Shown here: positions 8,017 through 20,900 of the stretch, piece after piece | Numbering within the stretch: position 1 is the first letter of the stretch | Layout of the letters: each line of letters starts with the position of its first letter | Assembly: GCA_963815455.1 (NCBI GenBank) | Contig: CAWFGO010000001.1 | Span: forward strand, 1,376,001 to 1,440,000 | DNA length: 64,000 nucleotides | Direction of reading: 5' to 3' | From: an uncultured Verrucomicrobiae bacterium | Lineage (GTDB): Bacteria > Verrucomicrobiota > Verrucomicrobiia > Chthoniobacterales > UBA10450 | The notes under the pieces: generated by a model | Seen by the model: the letters and a program-made list of their open reading frames with translations, nothing else | What the model was told of the DNA's origin: nothing | Database searches by the model: none | Translations under genes and position numbers: made by a program

Positions 8017-9960
8017 CTACCGCACATTAAGGATTCTGACTGGTGCGTGTTTGTGGTTCTTGCCCACTTTGTAATCTGTTCCAGGGACCAGAGTCAGGTT
8101 GGCTTTCTCAGGCCTCTCATTTATGCTGTCGGTCAGCGCGTGCAGGGTCACAGTGGCGGAGGCCTCACCGGCTGGAATCGTGATCTGACCGGGAGTTCCA
8201 CTTAGGGTGTAATCGACTCCTAACTGGGCATTGCCATTCATGGAGTATTGCACGGTCGCTGCTGCATGGTTAACCGGCGAAGCAGAGAAAGTGAAGGTAG
8301 CATCCTGACCTTCGCTAATGCTACTGGGCGACACTTGCACTGCGACTACTGGGGTTGCGCTGGGCCCAGCTGTCGGGGTCGGTGTGGGGGTGGGGGTCGG
8401 TGTTGGTGTTGGCGTCGGCGCAATAACCGTGATGGTTGTGCAACTATGCTGATTATCCACATCCGCGCAGGCCGTGCCCGACGAGGTGCCGGTCGAAGTA
8501 AAGGTCGAGCCGTCAGCGCCCGCCGTGACCGTGCCACTGGTCGGGAACATTGTGCCATTCGTCGCGCTGTAGGCGACGGGAATGTTGGGCAGCAGGCCCG
8601 GAACCGCGTCTGAGTTTGTCGTCATGTCCACGTCGAAAATGGACGAGCCCAATGCAGGGATGGGATCAGGCGTGGCCGCAACCAGGAGAACCATCCACGG
8701 ATTGAAGTCCACTGTCCCGGTGGCGCTGTCGCAGCCGGCAAAGCCCGGTCCAGCGTTGCAACCCCACCAATTGTTCTCGGCATTGAGGCTGTCGATTCCG
8801 CCGTTATTCACGCCACTCGTGTTGCCTGCGATCCTGTTGAAATGGACGTTCACGTTGACGTTTGACATACCCGCCGCGACCGCGAATGCCGCCGTCGTGT
8901 TGCCGGTAATGGTCGAACGAGTGACGGTCAAGTTTGGCGAGCCCATGGCCGGCCCGATGTCCTGGATGGCAATGCCGACACCGCCGGCGCTGATGACGTT
9001 GCCCGCATTGATCGTGACAACCGGATCATTCGCGCCGGTGAACATCGCGAGCGCGACGCCCGTACTGCAATCCGTGATCGTGTTGCTGTTGAGAATTGCC
9101 TGCGTCCCCGGGTCATCCCATACGCTCATGCCGGCCGAGTCTGAACCGTCACTCGAAGCCACTCCTCTGTTCCCTGAGATCTGGTTGTTGGAAATTGTGA
9201 AATTCCCGCCGTACTCAATATCAAAGGCGTAGTCCAGCCAGTTACCGGCGCCTTTGCCGGTGTAGGTATTGCCGCTCAAGGTGCCGGTGCCGGTGTCATC
9301 AACCAAAACACCGTACCGTCCCATGTTGTCGAAGGTGGAATTCGTTACGTCCACAACGCCTGAGCCGATCCTGACGCCACCGCCGCTGTAGGCGGGGCCG
9401 CTCGCTTCGTATTGGATATGGGTAAACTTGACGGAGTTGACGCTGCCGCTGCCGTTGTACCGCACCGCCTGGTAGGTCTTACGGCCGGTCCCATCCAGCA
9501 TTACATCACTTAAGTTAAAGATCACGCCGGGTTGGACCACGAACCAACCTTTGGCGTCGCCGACTGTACCCGTATCCTGGGCAGGCTGTATGATCGTGGT
9601 GACGTTATTCGCACCGATGATGCTGAGATTCTTATTTATCACGATCTGGCCAATTTCCAGGTACGTTCCTGCCGCTACCTGAACCGTTCCCTCAGCTGCG
9701 ACGCCATTTATGCCCTCCTGAACAGTGGCGAACGAGTCGCAGCCGAATTGTGTGGCTGGCCCCGAGCCGTCGGGATCTGTGCCAATTGGGGTTCCGGCCC
9801 ACATATAGTTAACGTAGACTGTGCTGGGCGCCGCCGTGCATACCGCTAGAGGCGTCGACGCGAACGGCCCGCGTGCCATTGTTGTGATTCCGCCGACGGT
9901 GAAAACCGTGGCAAAGAGAGCCACGAGACTTCGAATTGGTGTTTTATGAATATTCTTCAT
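8017..9960 (-). CDS. Secreted right-handed beta-helix repeat protein with PT linker and C-terminal Calx-beta-like domain
   Basis: Signal peptide; FATVQEGINGV...VAAGTYLE; N/G/T/I-rich repeats; AENNWWG; (PT)n; ISEG...GNAQLGVDY...GQITIPAG. Confidence 0.8.
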   Translation of the reverse strand: MKNIHKTPIRSLVALFATVFTVGGITTMARGPFASTPLAVCTAAPSTVYVNYMWAGTPIGTDPDGSGPATQFGCDSFATVQEGINGVAAEGTVQVAAGTYLEIGQIVINKNLSIIGANNVTTIIQPAQDTGTVGDAKGWFVVQPGVIFNLSDVMLDGTGRKTYQAVRYNGSGSVNSVKFTHIQYEASGPAYSGGGVRIGSGVVDVTNSTFDNMGRYGVLVDDTGTGTLSGNTYTGKGAGNWLDYAFDIEYGGNFTISNNQISGNRGVASSDGSDSAGMSVWDDPGTQAILNSNTITDCSTGVALAMFTGANDPVVTINAGNVISAGGVGIAIQDIGPAMGSPNLTVTRSTITGNTTAAFAVAAGMSNVNVNVHFNRIAGNTSGVNNGGIDSLNAENNWWGCNAGPGFAGCDSATGTVDFNPWMVLLVAATPDPIPALGSSIFDVDMTTNSDAVPGLLPNIPVAYSATNGTMFPTSGTVTAGADGSTFTSTGTSSGTACADVDNQHSCTTITVIAPTPTPTPTPTPTPTPTAGPSATPVVAVQVSPSSISEGQDATFTFSASPVNHAAATVQYSMNGNAQLGVDYTLSGTPGQITIPAGEASATVTLHALTDSINERPEKANLTLVPGTDYKVGKNHKHAPVRILNVR

Positions 9961-10199
9961 TTTCTTTATTCTTGTAGCTATTGAGGAGCGGCATTGATGC
10001 TCGACGGGCACCGGAGAATGCGCATTTTCGTTTGTGGAAAGTACGAGAGACTCGGGCGATCAGACGCCCGCAATCTCAGATCGCGCCAATTCGCTCCATG
10101 CGGTACCGCCCAGGTCGAGAGTACGAAATGAGCTACGGCGACCGGCTCGGGTCGCAAGTCACGCTACTGCAGACGTCGCCAGAGATCGGTGGTTAAAGA

Positions 10200-10601
10200 T
10201 CAAGAGCAAGGACCAACCTGCGCGAGAATTGTGCGCAGCTGGTGGAAGTCCACCGGCTTGGTGAGATGGAAATCGAAGCCAGCTTCCTTGCTTCGGCTGA
10301 TGTCCTCCTTCTTGTCCAATCCAGTAAGAGCTATGCCTTTGACCGGCTGTTTTCGTTTGGCCTGAGTGATCACCTCGTAGCCGTTTCCATCTGGCAAGTT
10401 AATGTCGCTCAAGACGACATCGAATTCCTTCGACTCGACAATCTCCAGCGCGCGGTGCGCGCCATCGGCCAATGAAATCTCGTGACCAAAATGATGGAGC
10501 AGGTGGCCCATTACTCGCAACGTGTCGGCGTGATCTTCGACCACCAAAATTCGCAAGCTCCTGCTCAGCGGAGGCAAAACTTCTGTTGGATCGTCGCTCA
10601 T
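10200..10601 (-). CDS. Single-domain response regulator (receiver)
   Basis: ILVVEDH, VVLSDINLPDGNG, ALTG, GFDFHLTKPVD. Confidence 0.9.
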   Translation of the reverse strand: MSDDPTEVLPPLSRSLRILVVEDHADTLRVMGHLLHHFGHEISLADGAHRALEIVESKEFDVVLSDINLPDGNGYEVITQAKRKQPVKGIALTGLDKKEDISRSKEAGFDFHLTKPVDFHQLRTILAQVGPCS

Positions 10602-10741
10602 TTTTTCAGAGCAAACACCGGAATGCGGCCCTGATCTAACGTGGTTGTTCCGTGAATCGGCAGAGGATTTGGTGGCCGGATAAATTGCCAAATCGAAATG
10701 ACCGCGCTCAAAGTAAGGAGCGCGCAAAGCACGGTTTCCAT
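10598..10741 (-). CDS. Small membrane protein, 47 aa
   Basis: METVLCALLTLSAVISIWQFIR hydrophobic segment; SD-like GAAG; ATGA overlap with next gene. Confidence 0.4.
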   Translation of the reverse strand: METVLCALLTLSAVISIWQFIRPPNPLPIHGTTTLDQGRIPVFALKK

Positions 10742-10998
10742 GATGCTTCGACCATTGTCTTTCGAACGAACCAAAAGCATATAGGTGGAGCGCATGACGT
10801 TCGAATGCAGCAAGTCCCTGGCCTTGTTCCATACGATGAGGATGCGGTAAATACGCATTGCAGGCTGCGGTAAACGCCTATTACCGCGGGGACCGTCGGG
10901 GCCATTTCGGCGGGCGTGCACGCGCTTTGCACACCATTAGTGATCGAAAGACTGATTGAGAAATGCAATCGGAACTACAAACGAGGAAAGTGATTCGG

Positions 10999-11542
10999 CT
11001 ACAACGGAACGGAGAGGCGGCTGCGCAATTCGTCGACTTCGAGCAAGGCTTTCTCCAGCTCTTTGACCCGATTGGCCAACGACTCCTGCAGATTGAGAAT
11101 GCGAAGGCCGACGTGGACGCGCGCAAGCAATTCGTCCTTATCGAACGGCTTCACCAGATAGTCATCCGCCCCGTTTTCAAGCCCTTCCACCAGACTTTCT
11201 TTGAAAGCACGCGCCGTAAGCAAAATGATGTGCGCCGGCTTACCAATCTCTCGAATGCGCCGGCAAACTTCCAAGCCATCCATCCCGGGCATCATCCAAT
11301 CGAGAATCACTACCGCCGGGCCCTGCTCGGCACGGATAGCTGCCATCGCTTCGTGCCCGTCCTGCGTCACGACACTTCGAAAACCCCATTTGCTCACGAG
11401 GGTCGAAATCACGTCGCGTGAGACCGGATCGTCTTCTGCGATGATGATTGGTATTGTGCCGATATCGCCTTCTGCGGAAGCCTGCGCCGCTCCGCTGCGC
11501 GATTCGATACCAGATCCCCACGACGGCGTGAATTTTATCCAT
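10999..11542 (-). CDS. Response regulator, PleD-like receiver with C-terminal coiled coil; start uncertain, possible 5' frameshift
   Basis: IIIAEDDPVSR (upstream of listed ORF), ILDWMMPGMDG, GADDYLVKPF. Confidence 0.85.
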
Positions 11543-11578
11543 TTGGGATCGGCTTGAAACGAGGTCCTGCCCGTAGCG

Positions 11579-12844
11579 CTAACGAATGACCAACGCGGGA
11601 TGACTCTGCGTTTGATTGTGCGCTGCCTGCAAACCTTCTTCCGCGTGAGTGCGGTCCGTGGTCGGAAGCAAGTGGGTCTTCTCTTTGAACAACCAGGTCA
11701 ACGCTTTGACCGCTAATTCGACCGAGAGGAATGGTTTCGCGATGAAATCGTTGCCGCCAGATAAACGCGATTGTGCCCGACTCTCGAAATCAGAATGGGC
11801 CGTGATGAAGACCACCGGCGTGGCGCAATTCGTGGCCATCTTCCGGATTTTGGCGCAAAGATCCAAGCCGCTTCGTCCCGGCATTTCGACGTCTAGAAAT
11901 ATGAGATCGAAATGACTTCTGGCGGCGAGATCTTCCGCTGCGATCGGGTCCTCCACGCTCGTCACGCACACGTTGGCTTTCTCGAGCGCAGCGCAGGTCG
12001 CCTCACGCGAAACAATTTCGTCGTCCACCACCAGAATCGCCGGCGTGTCCGGCGATTCTCTCTCAGATAACGATGCGCGATCGAACAGGAACGCCAATAA
12101 GTCCAATGCCTGCGCGAGAGTTCGGGTGACAGACGGAGAAATTTTTGCCGGCTTCGTGCAAATTTGAAAGAGAAGCGCCTCCAAGGCCGCGGCCAGTTGC
12201 GCGATTTTACCAAAGCCGGCAACGCCCGCCGCTCCGGCGAGCAAACGCGCTTGCCGGTACATTGCGCGAAGTTCGATTAAACGCAGGTTTTCGGTGCTGC
12301 CGTTAACGAACGCGTGATGGCCATTGCGCAGTTTCAGAATCTTGTAGGGGGTGTCGCCGAGAAAATCCGCGACCAGTTTGCTTTGGAATTCTTTCTCAAA
12401 CTCTGCCGAAGCGGTTGCCGGCGGCGGCGTGCTGTCGCCGGCCGGTTGACCTGCTGCGAACACATCGTGCACGATCCCCATCATTTGCCCCGGTGTGCAT
12501 TCCGCTCTTTTGATGCACCGAGTGGCACCTTCGGCTGAAGCAGCCTGCATCAGTCCCGGAGCATATGCATTCGTCAAAACAATGACGGGCAGAGTCTCCC
12601 CTCGAGGCTGGTTGCGAAGCGTTTTGAGAACTTCCACCCCGTTCATTCCAGGCAAGGACAAGTCGAGAATGACGAGATCGAATGACTGTTCCGCGAGTTT
12701 GTACAGGGCCATCTCGCCGTCGCTGGCCAGATCGACATCGTAGCGTTCGCTCTGAAATTTTCTCTGATAAATGTCGGCCACCGCGGCGTCGTCCTCGATG
12801 ATAAGCACCTTTCTTGGTTTAGTAGGATTAAAAATTCTCTTCAT
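11579..12844 (-). CDS. Multi-domain response regulator REC - HPt-like - REC
   Basis: VLIIEDD...LVILDLSLP; helical middle YRQARLLAGAAGVAGF; ILVVDD...LIFLDVEMP...FIAKP. Confidence 0.88.
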   Translation of the reverse strand: MKRIFNPTKPRKVLIIEDDAAVADIYQRKFQSERYDVDLASDGEMALYKLAEQSFDLVILDLSLPGMNGVEVLKTLRNQPRGETLPVIVLTNAYAPGLMQAASAEGATRCIKRAECTPGQMMGIVHDVFAAGQPAGDSTPPPATASAEFEKEFQSKLVADFLGDTPYKILKLRNGHHAFVNGSTENLRLIELRAMYRQARLLAGAAGVAGFGKIAQLAAALEALLFQICTKPAKISPSVTRTLAQALDLLAFLFDRASLSERESPDTPAILVVDDEIVSREATCAALEKANVCVTSVEDPIAAEDLAARSHFDLIFLDVEMPGRSGLDLCAKIRKMATNCATPVVFITAHSDFESRAQSRLSGGNDFIAKPFLSVELAVKALTWLFKEKTHLLPTTDRTHAEEGLQAAHNQTQSHPALVIR

Positions 12845-13335
12845 GGAATTATGAGTCTTGCACCAAGAATTTTTCGCGGATGCGAGGACGGTGTCTTCTC
12901 CACCAAATGATGAGCGATCTCGATCTTCAAGGCGTTCAGGGAAGATAGGATATCGGCGACGAAGCAGATCATGGCACCCAACACAAACAAAACGCTCAGT
13001 CCGAAGGTGAAAAGCACTGCCGTCTCCATCTTTGCTCCGGCGAAAACCAGAACGAACAGCAAGACAATCATCAAACAGCAAGCAAAAATGCTGGCGATAA
13101 TGAAGACAATCGAGGCGCGAAGCAATTTTGCTCGTCGAAAGAGTATGATCAATTGGTGAAGATCGCGGGTAGGGTGGGCTTGATCTTCATCCAGCGCTGA
13201 GACCAGGGCACGAGCGCGGTCGATTACGCGTCCCAGTCGGTTTGTAATGGAGAGCAGCAACAGACCAACGCCCGATATGATGGCAACGGGCGAGATCGAG
13301 AGCTGAAGGAGACGGGTAAAAGACTCAGTGTCCAC
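12841..13335 (-). CDS. DUF2721-like membrane protein
   Basis: LQLSISPVAIISGVGLLLLSITNRLGRVIDRAR signature, three hydrophobic segments; GTG start inferred. Confidence 0.8.
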   Translation of the reverse strand: MDTESFTRLLQLSISPVAIISGVGLLLLSITNRLGRVIDRARALVSALDEDQAHPTRDLHQLIILFRRAKLLRASIVFIIASIFACCLMIVLLFVLVFAGAKMETAVLFTFGLSVLFVLGAMICFVADILSSLNALKIEIAHHLVEKTPSSHPRKILGARLIIP

Positions 13336-13629
13336 GCGATGAATCGTCAGGCATTGAGTAGCCGTCAATATGCCTCGTGCCCGACGGAAACTACGGATTC
13401 GCCGCCGCGCCAACTACGCAGCGGTCGTATTCATCGCAGCAGGAACACGAGACTCCGCGTTCAATTTCGCGATTTCTTTCTGGAGACACTGCGGGCAGAA
13501 ACCATGGCTGAATCCCGATCCGGTTTGCTGCTCGATGTAGGTCTCGAACTGCTGCCCCCGGCTTTAATGGCGAGATTTCGAGCTCGAATGGCGTTGAAGA
13601 ACTGCGCTCTTAAAAATTTTCAACACGAG

Positions 13630-16600
13630 TCACTTGGATGTCGTCGCCCCGCTCAAAGCATCGCGCACAGTGGTAAGCAAACTTTGTTTATCGTAAGGCT
13701 TCGCCAGAAAACTGGAGACGGCCAACCCTTGCAGCTCTGAAACACGGACGTCTTCCTGGCCGGTCGAGGCGATGAAGGTCATGTCGGGCTTGATGTGTTT
13801 TATCGCGCGGATCAACGCCACGCCGTCCATGTACGGCATTGAGATGTCAGTCAGCACTGCGTCTATCGGTTGTTTCGCTTGTGCGATGATGGCCAGCGCC
13901 TCCGGTCCGTCTTTCGCGCAGACAGCATGGTAATTGTGTTGGTCCAGGATCATTTGCGTAGTGCGAAGAATCCCCGGCTCATCATCAACCACCAGAATTT
14001 GTTCGGCATGTCCATTCAACCGCTCGAACGCCAACTTCGACGGGCGAGCGACTGCGGCGGAGGCATCAGCCGGCAGGAAAACCTGAAAGGTAGTTCCACT
14101 TCCAATCTCGCTCTCGACCGAGATAAAGCCGCCATGGCTTTTTGCGATTCCCAGCGCTGTGGAAAGCCCGAGCCCAGTGCCCTTGCCAAGTTCTTTGGTT
14201 GTGAAAAACGGATCGAAGATTTTATTGATCACAGCGTGCGACATACCGCAGCCTGTATCGCTCACGCGCAACAGCACATACGAACCTGGTTTGGCACCGG
14301 GTGTCATGGAAGCATACTGCTCGTCCACCTCAAAGCTTTTGGCCTCAATTACAAGGGAGCCACCATTGGGCATGGCATCGCGGCCGTTGACGGAAAGATT
14401 TAACAATACTTGATGGAGTTGTGTGGGATCTCCCATGATTGGGCAGAGATCTTCCGGATAGCGACCGGTGATCGAGATTGCCTTAGGAAAAGTCTTCTGG
14501 GCGATCTCGGTAATCTCCTGAACGAGATGACCGGCATTGAGTAAGACGCGCTCTCCCTCGACTCCACGCGCGAAAGTGAGCACCTGCTTGACTATGCTGG
14601 CCCCGCGGCGCGCGCTTTCTTCGATCATGGAAACCAATGGGGCATTGTCTCTCTCCGGTCTGTTCTCACTCAGCATCTCGGAGCACATCAAAATCGGAGA
14701 AAGAATATTATTTAAATCATGGGCCACGCCGCTCGCGAGTGTTCCAATACTCTCGAGGCGTTGCGCACGGAGGAGCTGTATCTCGAGTTTTTTCTGTTCG
14801 GTGATGTCGGTGTTAATCCCGAGGATCGCGCGCGGAGAGCCGTCGTCATTTCGAATGAGGGTGATGCGAGCGTCGACAATTACTTCACGGCCATTCTTGG
14901 CCCGACGTTTTATCTCCCCGCGAAATTCGCTGCTCGTAACCAGCTGTTCTAGCAGCGCCTCGCGAGCGTTCGGCTCGGCGAAAATCAGTTCATGGATTGG
15001 TCGCCCCATAGCTTCGTCGGCGCTCCACCCATAAAGGGATTCTGCTCCTGCATTCCAGAAGGTCACTCGCTGATCGGAAAAATTCCGGATGATAATGGCG
15101 TCGTGGGCGCGGCCAATAATGTCAGCCTGCTCCCGCAGGCGCTCCTCTGTCCGCTTCCGCCCAGTGATGTCGTTGATCAGCACCACTCTCGCGCGTCGTC
15201 CGAGCCAGGTCAGGTCTTGCGAACTGATTTCCACATCAATCATCGTCCTGTCTTTCCGGCAATGTCGCCATTGGATCGGACTCTTCGCGTCGCCAGTTTT
15301 TCCCGACAGGTCATCCATCAGAGCGGGGATATCTTCAGTAGGGCGAATGTCCTTGATGGTCATTGCCAGAAATTCGTCTTGCGAATAGCCGTAGTGTCGG
15401 ACTGCGGCCGCGTTCACGGCCAGAAACGCAAGCGTTTCGAGATCGTAAACCCACATCGGGCTGGGATTGCTTTCAAATAAGGCTCGATACCGCTCTTCAC
15501 TTGCCCGCATCACCTCTTCCGCATTTTTGCGGTCGGTAATATCGCGCGAAACCGTGTGGAAGATGTCAACTTCTCCGTTGGCGGCTTTGCGGGCCAGCAA
15601 TGCCATCAAGATTGGGACCTCACTACCGTTCCGGTGCAGAAGCGCGCCCTCACCCTCCCATAAGCCGTCGCGTAGAGCCGCGGGCAAGATGACTTCGGCA
15701 ATTCGTTTGTTCATCCAGGCCGGATGCACATCGCTAATCTTGAGCTTGCCTAGGTCCTCGTGTTCCCCAATTCCGCACATCGTCCGTCCGTGCTTGTTGA
15801 TGTATTGGATTTGCGTGGTTCTACGATCGGCGAAGCCAATAAAGTCCGGGCTCGCCTCAACGATGGCAGCCAACCGATCGCGTTGCACTTCCGCCAGTTT
15901 GCGCTCGGTAATGTCGGTCCACACGCCCACCATTTCGACCGCTTGCCCGGTCCCATCGCGAATAATCTGACTCGTATCCTCGAGCCAGTGGTATGTCCCG
16001 TTTTTGTGGCGAAGACGATATTCCATGGAATAGCCGTCTTCTCCCTTGAGCGATTTGGCCAGGACGCTTACGACACGGTCGCGGTCGTCAGGATGTAAAC
16101 TCTCTAGCCACCAGTCGTATCGCGCGGATTCGGCGACGGTGAATCCGAGCATTCGTTGAATGTTTTCGCTGACAAAGACCGGAGTCGCGCGCTCGCCTTC
16201 GATACGCAGCGAGTAGATGACGGCCGGGGTATTGGCGAGTACCTGACGCAATTCTTCATTAAGCTTTCGAATTTCACTTTCCGCGCGTTTCCGCTTCGTA
16301 ATCTCGGTGCGAATCGCAACGTACTGGCGAGGTTTCCCATCCTTGTCCAGAAACGGAACAATGGTCGCATCGACCCAATAGAAGGAACCGTCCTTGGCTT
16401 TGTTTTTGATTTCACCTTTCCAAACTTTTCCGTGCGTGATGGTGGTCCAAAGGTCACGGATGAACTCCTTGGGATGATAGTCTGAGTTAATGATGCGATG
16501 GTCCTGACCCAACAACTCTTCGCGTGAATACTTGGAGATGGCGCAGAACTTGTCGTTGACGTAGGTGATTTTTCCCTGCGGGTCGGTGATAGCCACGATG

Positions 16601-17935
16601 GCGTGTTCATCCAGCGCGGCCTTCAAGTCGCAAATTTCTTTGAAGGAATCTTTTAGTTGATCTTCGGTTCTCTTGCGCTCGGTGATGTCCAGATACGTAC
16701 CGACCACGCCGGTGATCTCCCCCGTGAAACTGCGCGATGGGATCTTGCTTGTAAGAATCGTGACGATATTCCCTTCGGGCGTCGTCAGGGGTTCTTCGAT
16801 GAGAAGCTTGGAGCCTCCGCTCTCGATGACTTCGCGGTCATCGCCACGATACAGTTCCGCCTGATCACGCCAGCCCATCTGGTAATCATCTTTCCCGATG
16901 ACTTCCTTCGGATCGGCAAATCCGGCATCGCGCGCGAAGGCCATGTTACAGCCCAGGTAAACGAGATTCTTGTCTTTCCAGAATACCCGCGCGGGTATCG
17001 CATTAATTATACCTTCGATGATCTGCTGTGATGCACGCAGCGCCTCTTCCGCTCGCATTCGCTCGGTATTTTCCGCCTGCAACGATTCATTGATGTTTGC
17101 CAGTTCAGCGGTGCGCTCTCCGACTCGCACCTCCAGTCCCGCATGGGCCTGGCGGAGACTTTCCTCCGCCTCTGCGCGTTGCCGGAAGCTATCCAACAAT
17201 TGGGCGCGCCATCCTCGCACTCCGCGCGCTACCGAAATCCACGCCAGAAGCGATACTCCGCAGACAGCCAGAGCACCGATTAGTGAGAGCCAATCAATAA
17301 GTTGGTCGTCTCGCAAATGCTCATCAAATTCGCGCCTGATTTGGCCGGTGAATGACGCTATGCCTCCCGCGTAAATCTGTTTCTGGGTTTCATACTCGGG
17401 ACTGACCAACACAGCTTGCGCCTCCTCCTTGCGGCCGGCGCGAACCAACGCAAAGGCGCGGTTTTCCATTTCCACCAACCTGATATTCGCCGCGTTTGTC
17501 TTGGTCGGCGGCTTTGATGTTGGAGAAGTTGGTCTCAGTTTTTGTTGTTTCCTTGATTGCGGCATCTAGTTGCGGTTCGAAATGGCGATAACGCTCTTCC
17601 CACCGCGAATCTCCCATGGCCGCCGCCATGCGCGCGGACATCGTCAACACTTCATCCAGATGGGTGATGACGCCTCGGAGTTCCTCGACTCGCGACAGGC
17701 CTGTGAGCTCTTTCGCATCGCGACGCGCATCGAAGATAATCCAGCCAAACCCGGCGAAAGCCACGACCGTCAGGAGACAAGCAAGGGTTAGAAGCCCGAT
17801 CGGAAAACGGATGGCCGTTATCGCATCACCGCGGGCGACGTTTTGTTGGGATGACAATCGTTCTTTTTTCGAATGATCTCCCGCGGCGATAACCTTGGAG
17901 ACGTCGTGCGCCTTCGTTCTGGAGACAGATTTCAC
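13630..17935 (-). CDS. Membrane-bound multi-PAS hybrid histidine kinase, frameshift near 17505
   Basis: TM1 in ORF 17390..17935, TM2 + about six PAS + GVAHDLNN H-box + [13 protein letters not shown] + REC in ORF 13630..17565. Confidence 0.92.
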
Positions 17936-20900
17936 TTTGGCGTGGCTGCCAGAGCGTGGCGCAAAGTCTGGAGCAGTTTGCCGGTGTCGTAAGGTTTGGT
18001 CAGAAGACCAGCAATGCCTAGCGCTTCGAGCTCCGAGTCGTTCGCTCCTTCGCCTTGTCCAGTCGACGCGATGATTGAGACATCCGGCTTCATTTTCTTA
18101 AGCGCGCGGGCCAGGACCATGCCATCCATGAACGGCATGGAAAGGTCCGTGAGCACAAGGCGGATGGATTGCATCTGTTGCGCAAAAATGGCGAGGGCCT
18201 CCGGTCCGTCGCTGGCAGAAATCACGCGATAATTATTTTTCTCAAGAATCATTTTCGTGATGCGAGCGATGCTCTCCTCATCGTCCACAACGAGGATGAG
18301 TTCACCGTTCCCTTGAAGAGGCCCGAGTGGAGCTTTCGCCTTTTGAAGCTCCTCATCACTAGTCGCGGCGGGTAAGCACACCTTGAATGTGGTTCCCTCG
18401 CCGATCTCGCTGTAGACGGAAAGGAACCCGCCATGGCTTTTGACAATCCCCAACGCAGTTGAAAGTCCCAAGCCGGTGCCTTTGCCGACTGCCTTGGTCG
18501 TAAAAAAAGGATCGAAAATTCTGTCGACTGTGGCGCGGCACATTCCGGCACCTGTGTCGCTGACGTTAAACAAAACATGCGGGCCAACTGTCGCGTCCGG
18601 CACCATTGCCGCGTATCCGTCATCAACGTCGACATTCTCCGCCGCGACGACGAGCGAGCCACCATCGGGCATGGAATCGCGCGCGTTGACACAAAGATTG
18701 AGCAAGACCTGATGCAATTGGGTTGGATCCCCTTTAATCGACCAAAGATCTTCCGGGCAGCGGCTTTTGATTTCGATCGCTTTCGGAAACGTCTTTCGCG
18801 CGATGTCGACCACTTCCTCAATGAGATGACGGGGATTAAGGGTGACGCGTTGACCTTCGATCCCACGCGCGAAGGTCAAAACTTGTTTAACAATTCCCTC
18901 ACCCCGCCGCGCGCTCCCTGCGATCATGGAAATGAGTGGAGCCTGGCCTTCCTCCGTTTTCTCGTCGCCAAGCATCTCGGCACACATCAAGATCGGAGTC
19001 AAAACGTTGTTCAAGTCGTGGGCCACACCGCTGGCCAGGGTGCCGATGCTTTCCAGGCGCTGGGAGCGAAGCAACTGCACTTCCAGCTTTTTTTGCTCGG
19101 TGATGTCCGTGTTGATACTCACGACAGAACGCGGAATACCCTCCGGGTCCCGCACGATTGTGGACCGCGCATCGACAAGGAGCTCCCGGCCACCTTTAGT
19201 AATTTGCCTGAGCTCGCCGTGAAATTCCCCGGTAGAGATGAGAATTCTTAGCGGCCCTTCTCGGTCATTTAAATCCGCGTAGAGCAATTCAGCGGTTGGC
19301 TTGCCGATCGCTTCGTCCGCGCTCCAGCCGTATAAGCGCTCCGCCCCCTTGTTCCAAAGAATGATCCGCTGATCTTCGAAGTTGCGGATAATGATGGCGT
19401 CGTGAGCACGATCGATGATGTCCGCCTGCTCGCGTAAGCGCACTTCCGCGCTCTTTCGCTCGGTAACGTCGATTCCGGTGACGATTCGAGCGGCAGTTCC
19501 TTCCCACACAACCGGTCCCGAATAAACCTCCACCAGAATCACCGATCCATCTTTCTTCCTGTGTCGAAATTGGCCGCTGAAATGTGCCGGTGACCCTGAA
19601 GATGTGACTGACTTCATTAAGTCCGGCGCATCTTCGGCTCGACGCAAATCAGTCAGTGTCAATTTCACAAATTCTTTGCGCGAGTAACCGTATTGTTGAA
19701 TCGCCGCTTCGTTCACGGCCAAAATCTGCAGACTCTTCGCATCGAAAACCCACATCGAATTCGGATTGGTTTCGAAAAGCAGTCGATACTGCTCCGCCTG
19801 CAACTGTTGGCGCGCGTCGGCCACGAACTGTTCGGTAATATCCCTGAACGTGACAATGCTGCCGGTGATTTGGCCCCTTTCCTCCTTGATCGGGGCGGTG
19901 ACATAATCGACCCGAAAAGAACTCCCGTCCTTCCGCCAAAAGACATCATTGGTTACACGCTGGGTTGCCGGGGCACGCATATCTGCGTGAATCGAACGCG
20001 ATCCATTGGAAGAACTGCTCCCGTCACTCTTGCCGTGATGAATAATGGAATGGGCCGGCTTGCCCAGAAGTTCGTCGCTTGTCCACCCGAGCAAGTTCGC
20101 GCCTTTCGGGTTAATGAAATTTATGTTCCCGTCAGAATCGAGGCCATAAATCCCTTCGCCTGCGCAATTGAGAATTAATTTCGACTGACGCTGTAAGTCG
20201 TTAAGTGTTTTTTCGGCGCACTTCCGTTCGGTGATGTCTGTCCATACGCCCACCGCTTCCGTAGCCCGACCGTTGGATCCATGAATCATGCGATTATTGT
20301 CTTCAATCCAATGGTAGCTGCCGTCCTTGTGCCGGATCCGATATTCCATCGAGTAGCCATCTCCGGTCAGCGACTTAGCCAGAACATCCAGAACCCGCTC
20401 CCGATCTTCAGGATGCAGACTATCCAGCCACCATTCGTACCGGGTAGATTCCGCCACTCTAAACCCAAGGAGACGCTCGATATTATCGCTAACTACTACC
20501 GGCGTGATCGTTTGGCCGTCGATTTTCAGTCTGTAAATCACCGCCGGGCTATGGGCCAACAACTGGCGCAACTCCCTGTGCGCGATCTCCAGCTGCTCGT
20601 TTTTTTCCTCGAGCTTTGATACGAGCCGCTCACTGTATTCCTCCATCACGTCGGATTGGGGAATCGTGCCTATCGAACGGACGGTATGTTCTTTGCCCGT
20701 AACCCGATGCAGAGCGCCAATGATTTTCTCCGCCGGTGCTGGCTTGAGCAAGAACAGATCCGCTCCCACGTCGAAAGAGAGTCTCTCATCGCTCGGGGAA
20801 GTGTAGGTAGCTGTATAGTGGATAAACGGCACATGCTTGAACGCTTTGCGTTTTCTCACTTCAGAGCAGAGCCGATAGCCGTCCATTCTCGGCATTAGGA

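Noticed and set aside
12845..13081. N-terminal extension of the REC-HPt-REC protein
   Set aside because: Overlaps the DUF2721-like gene; ATGA coupling at 12844 is the better start
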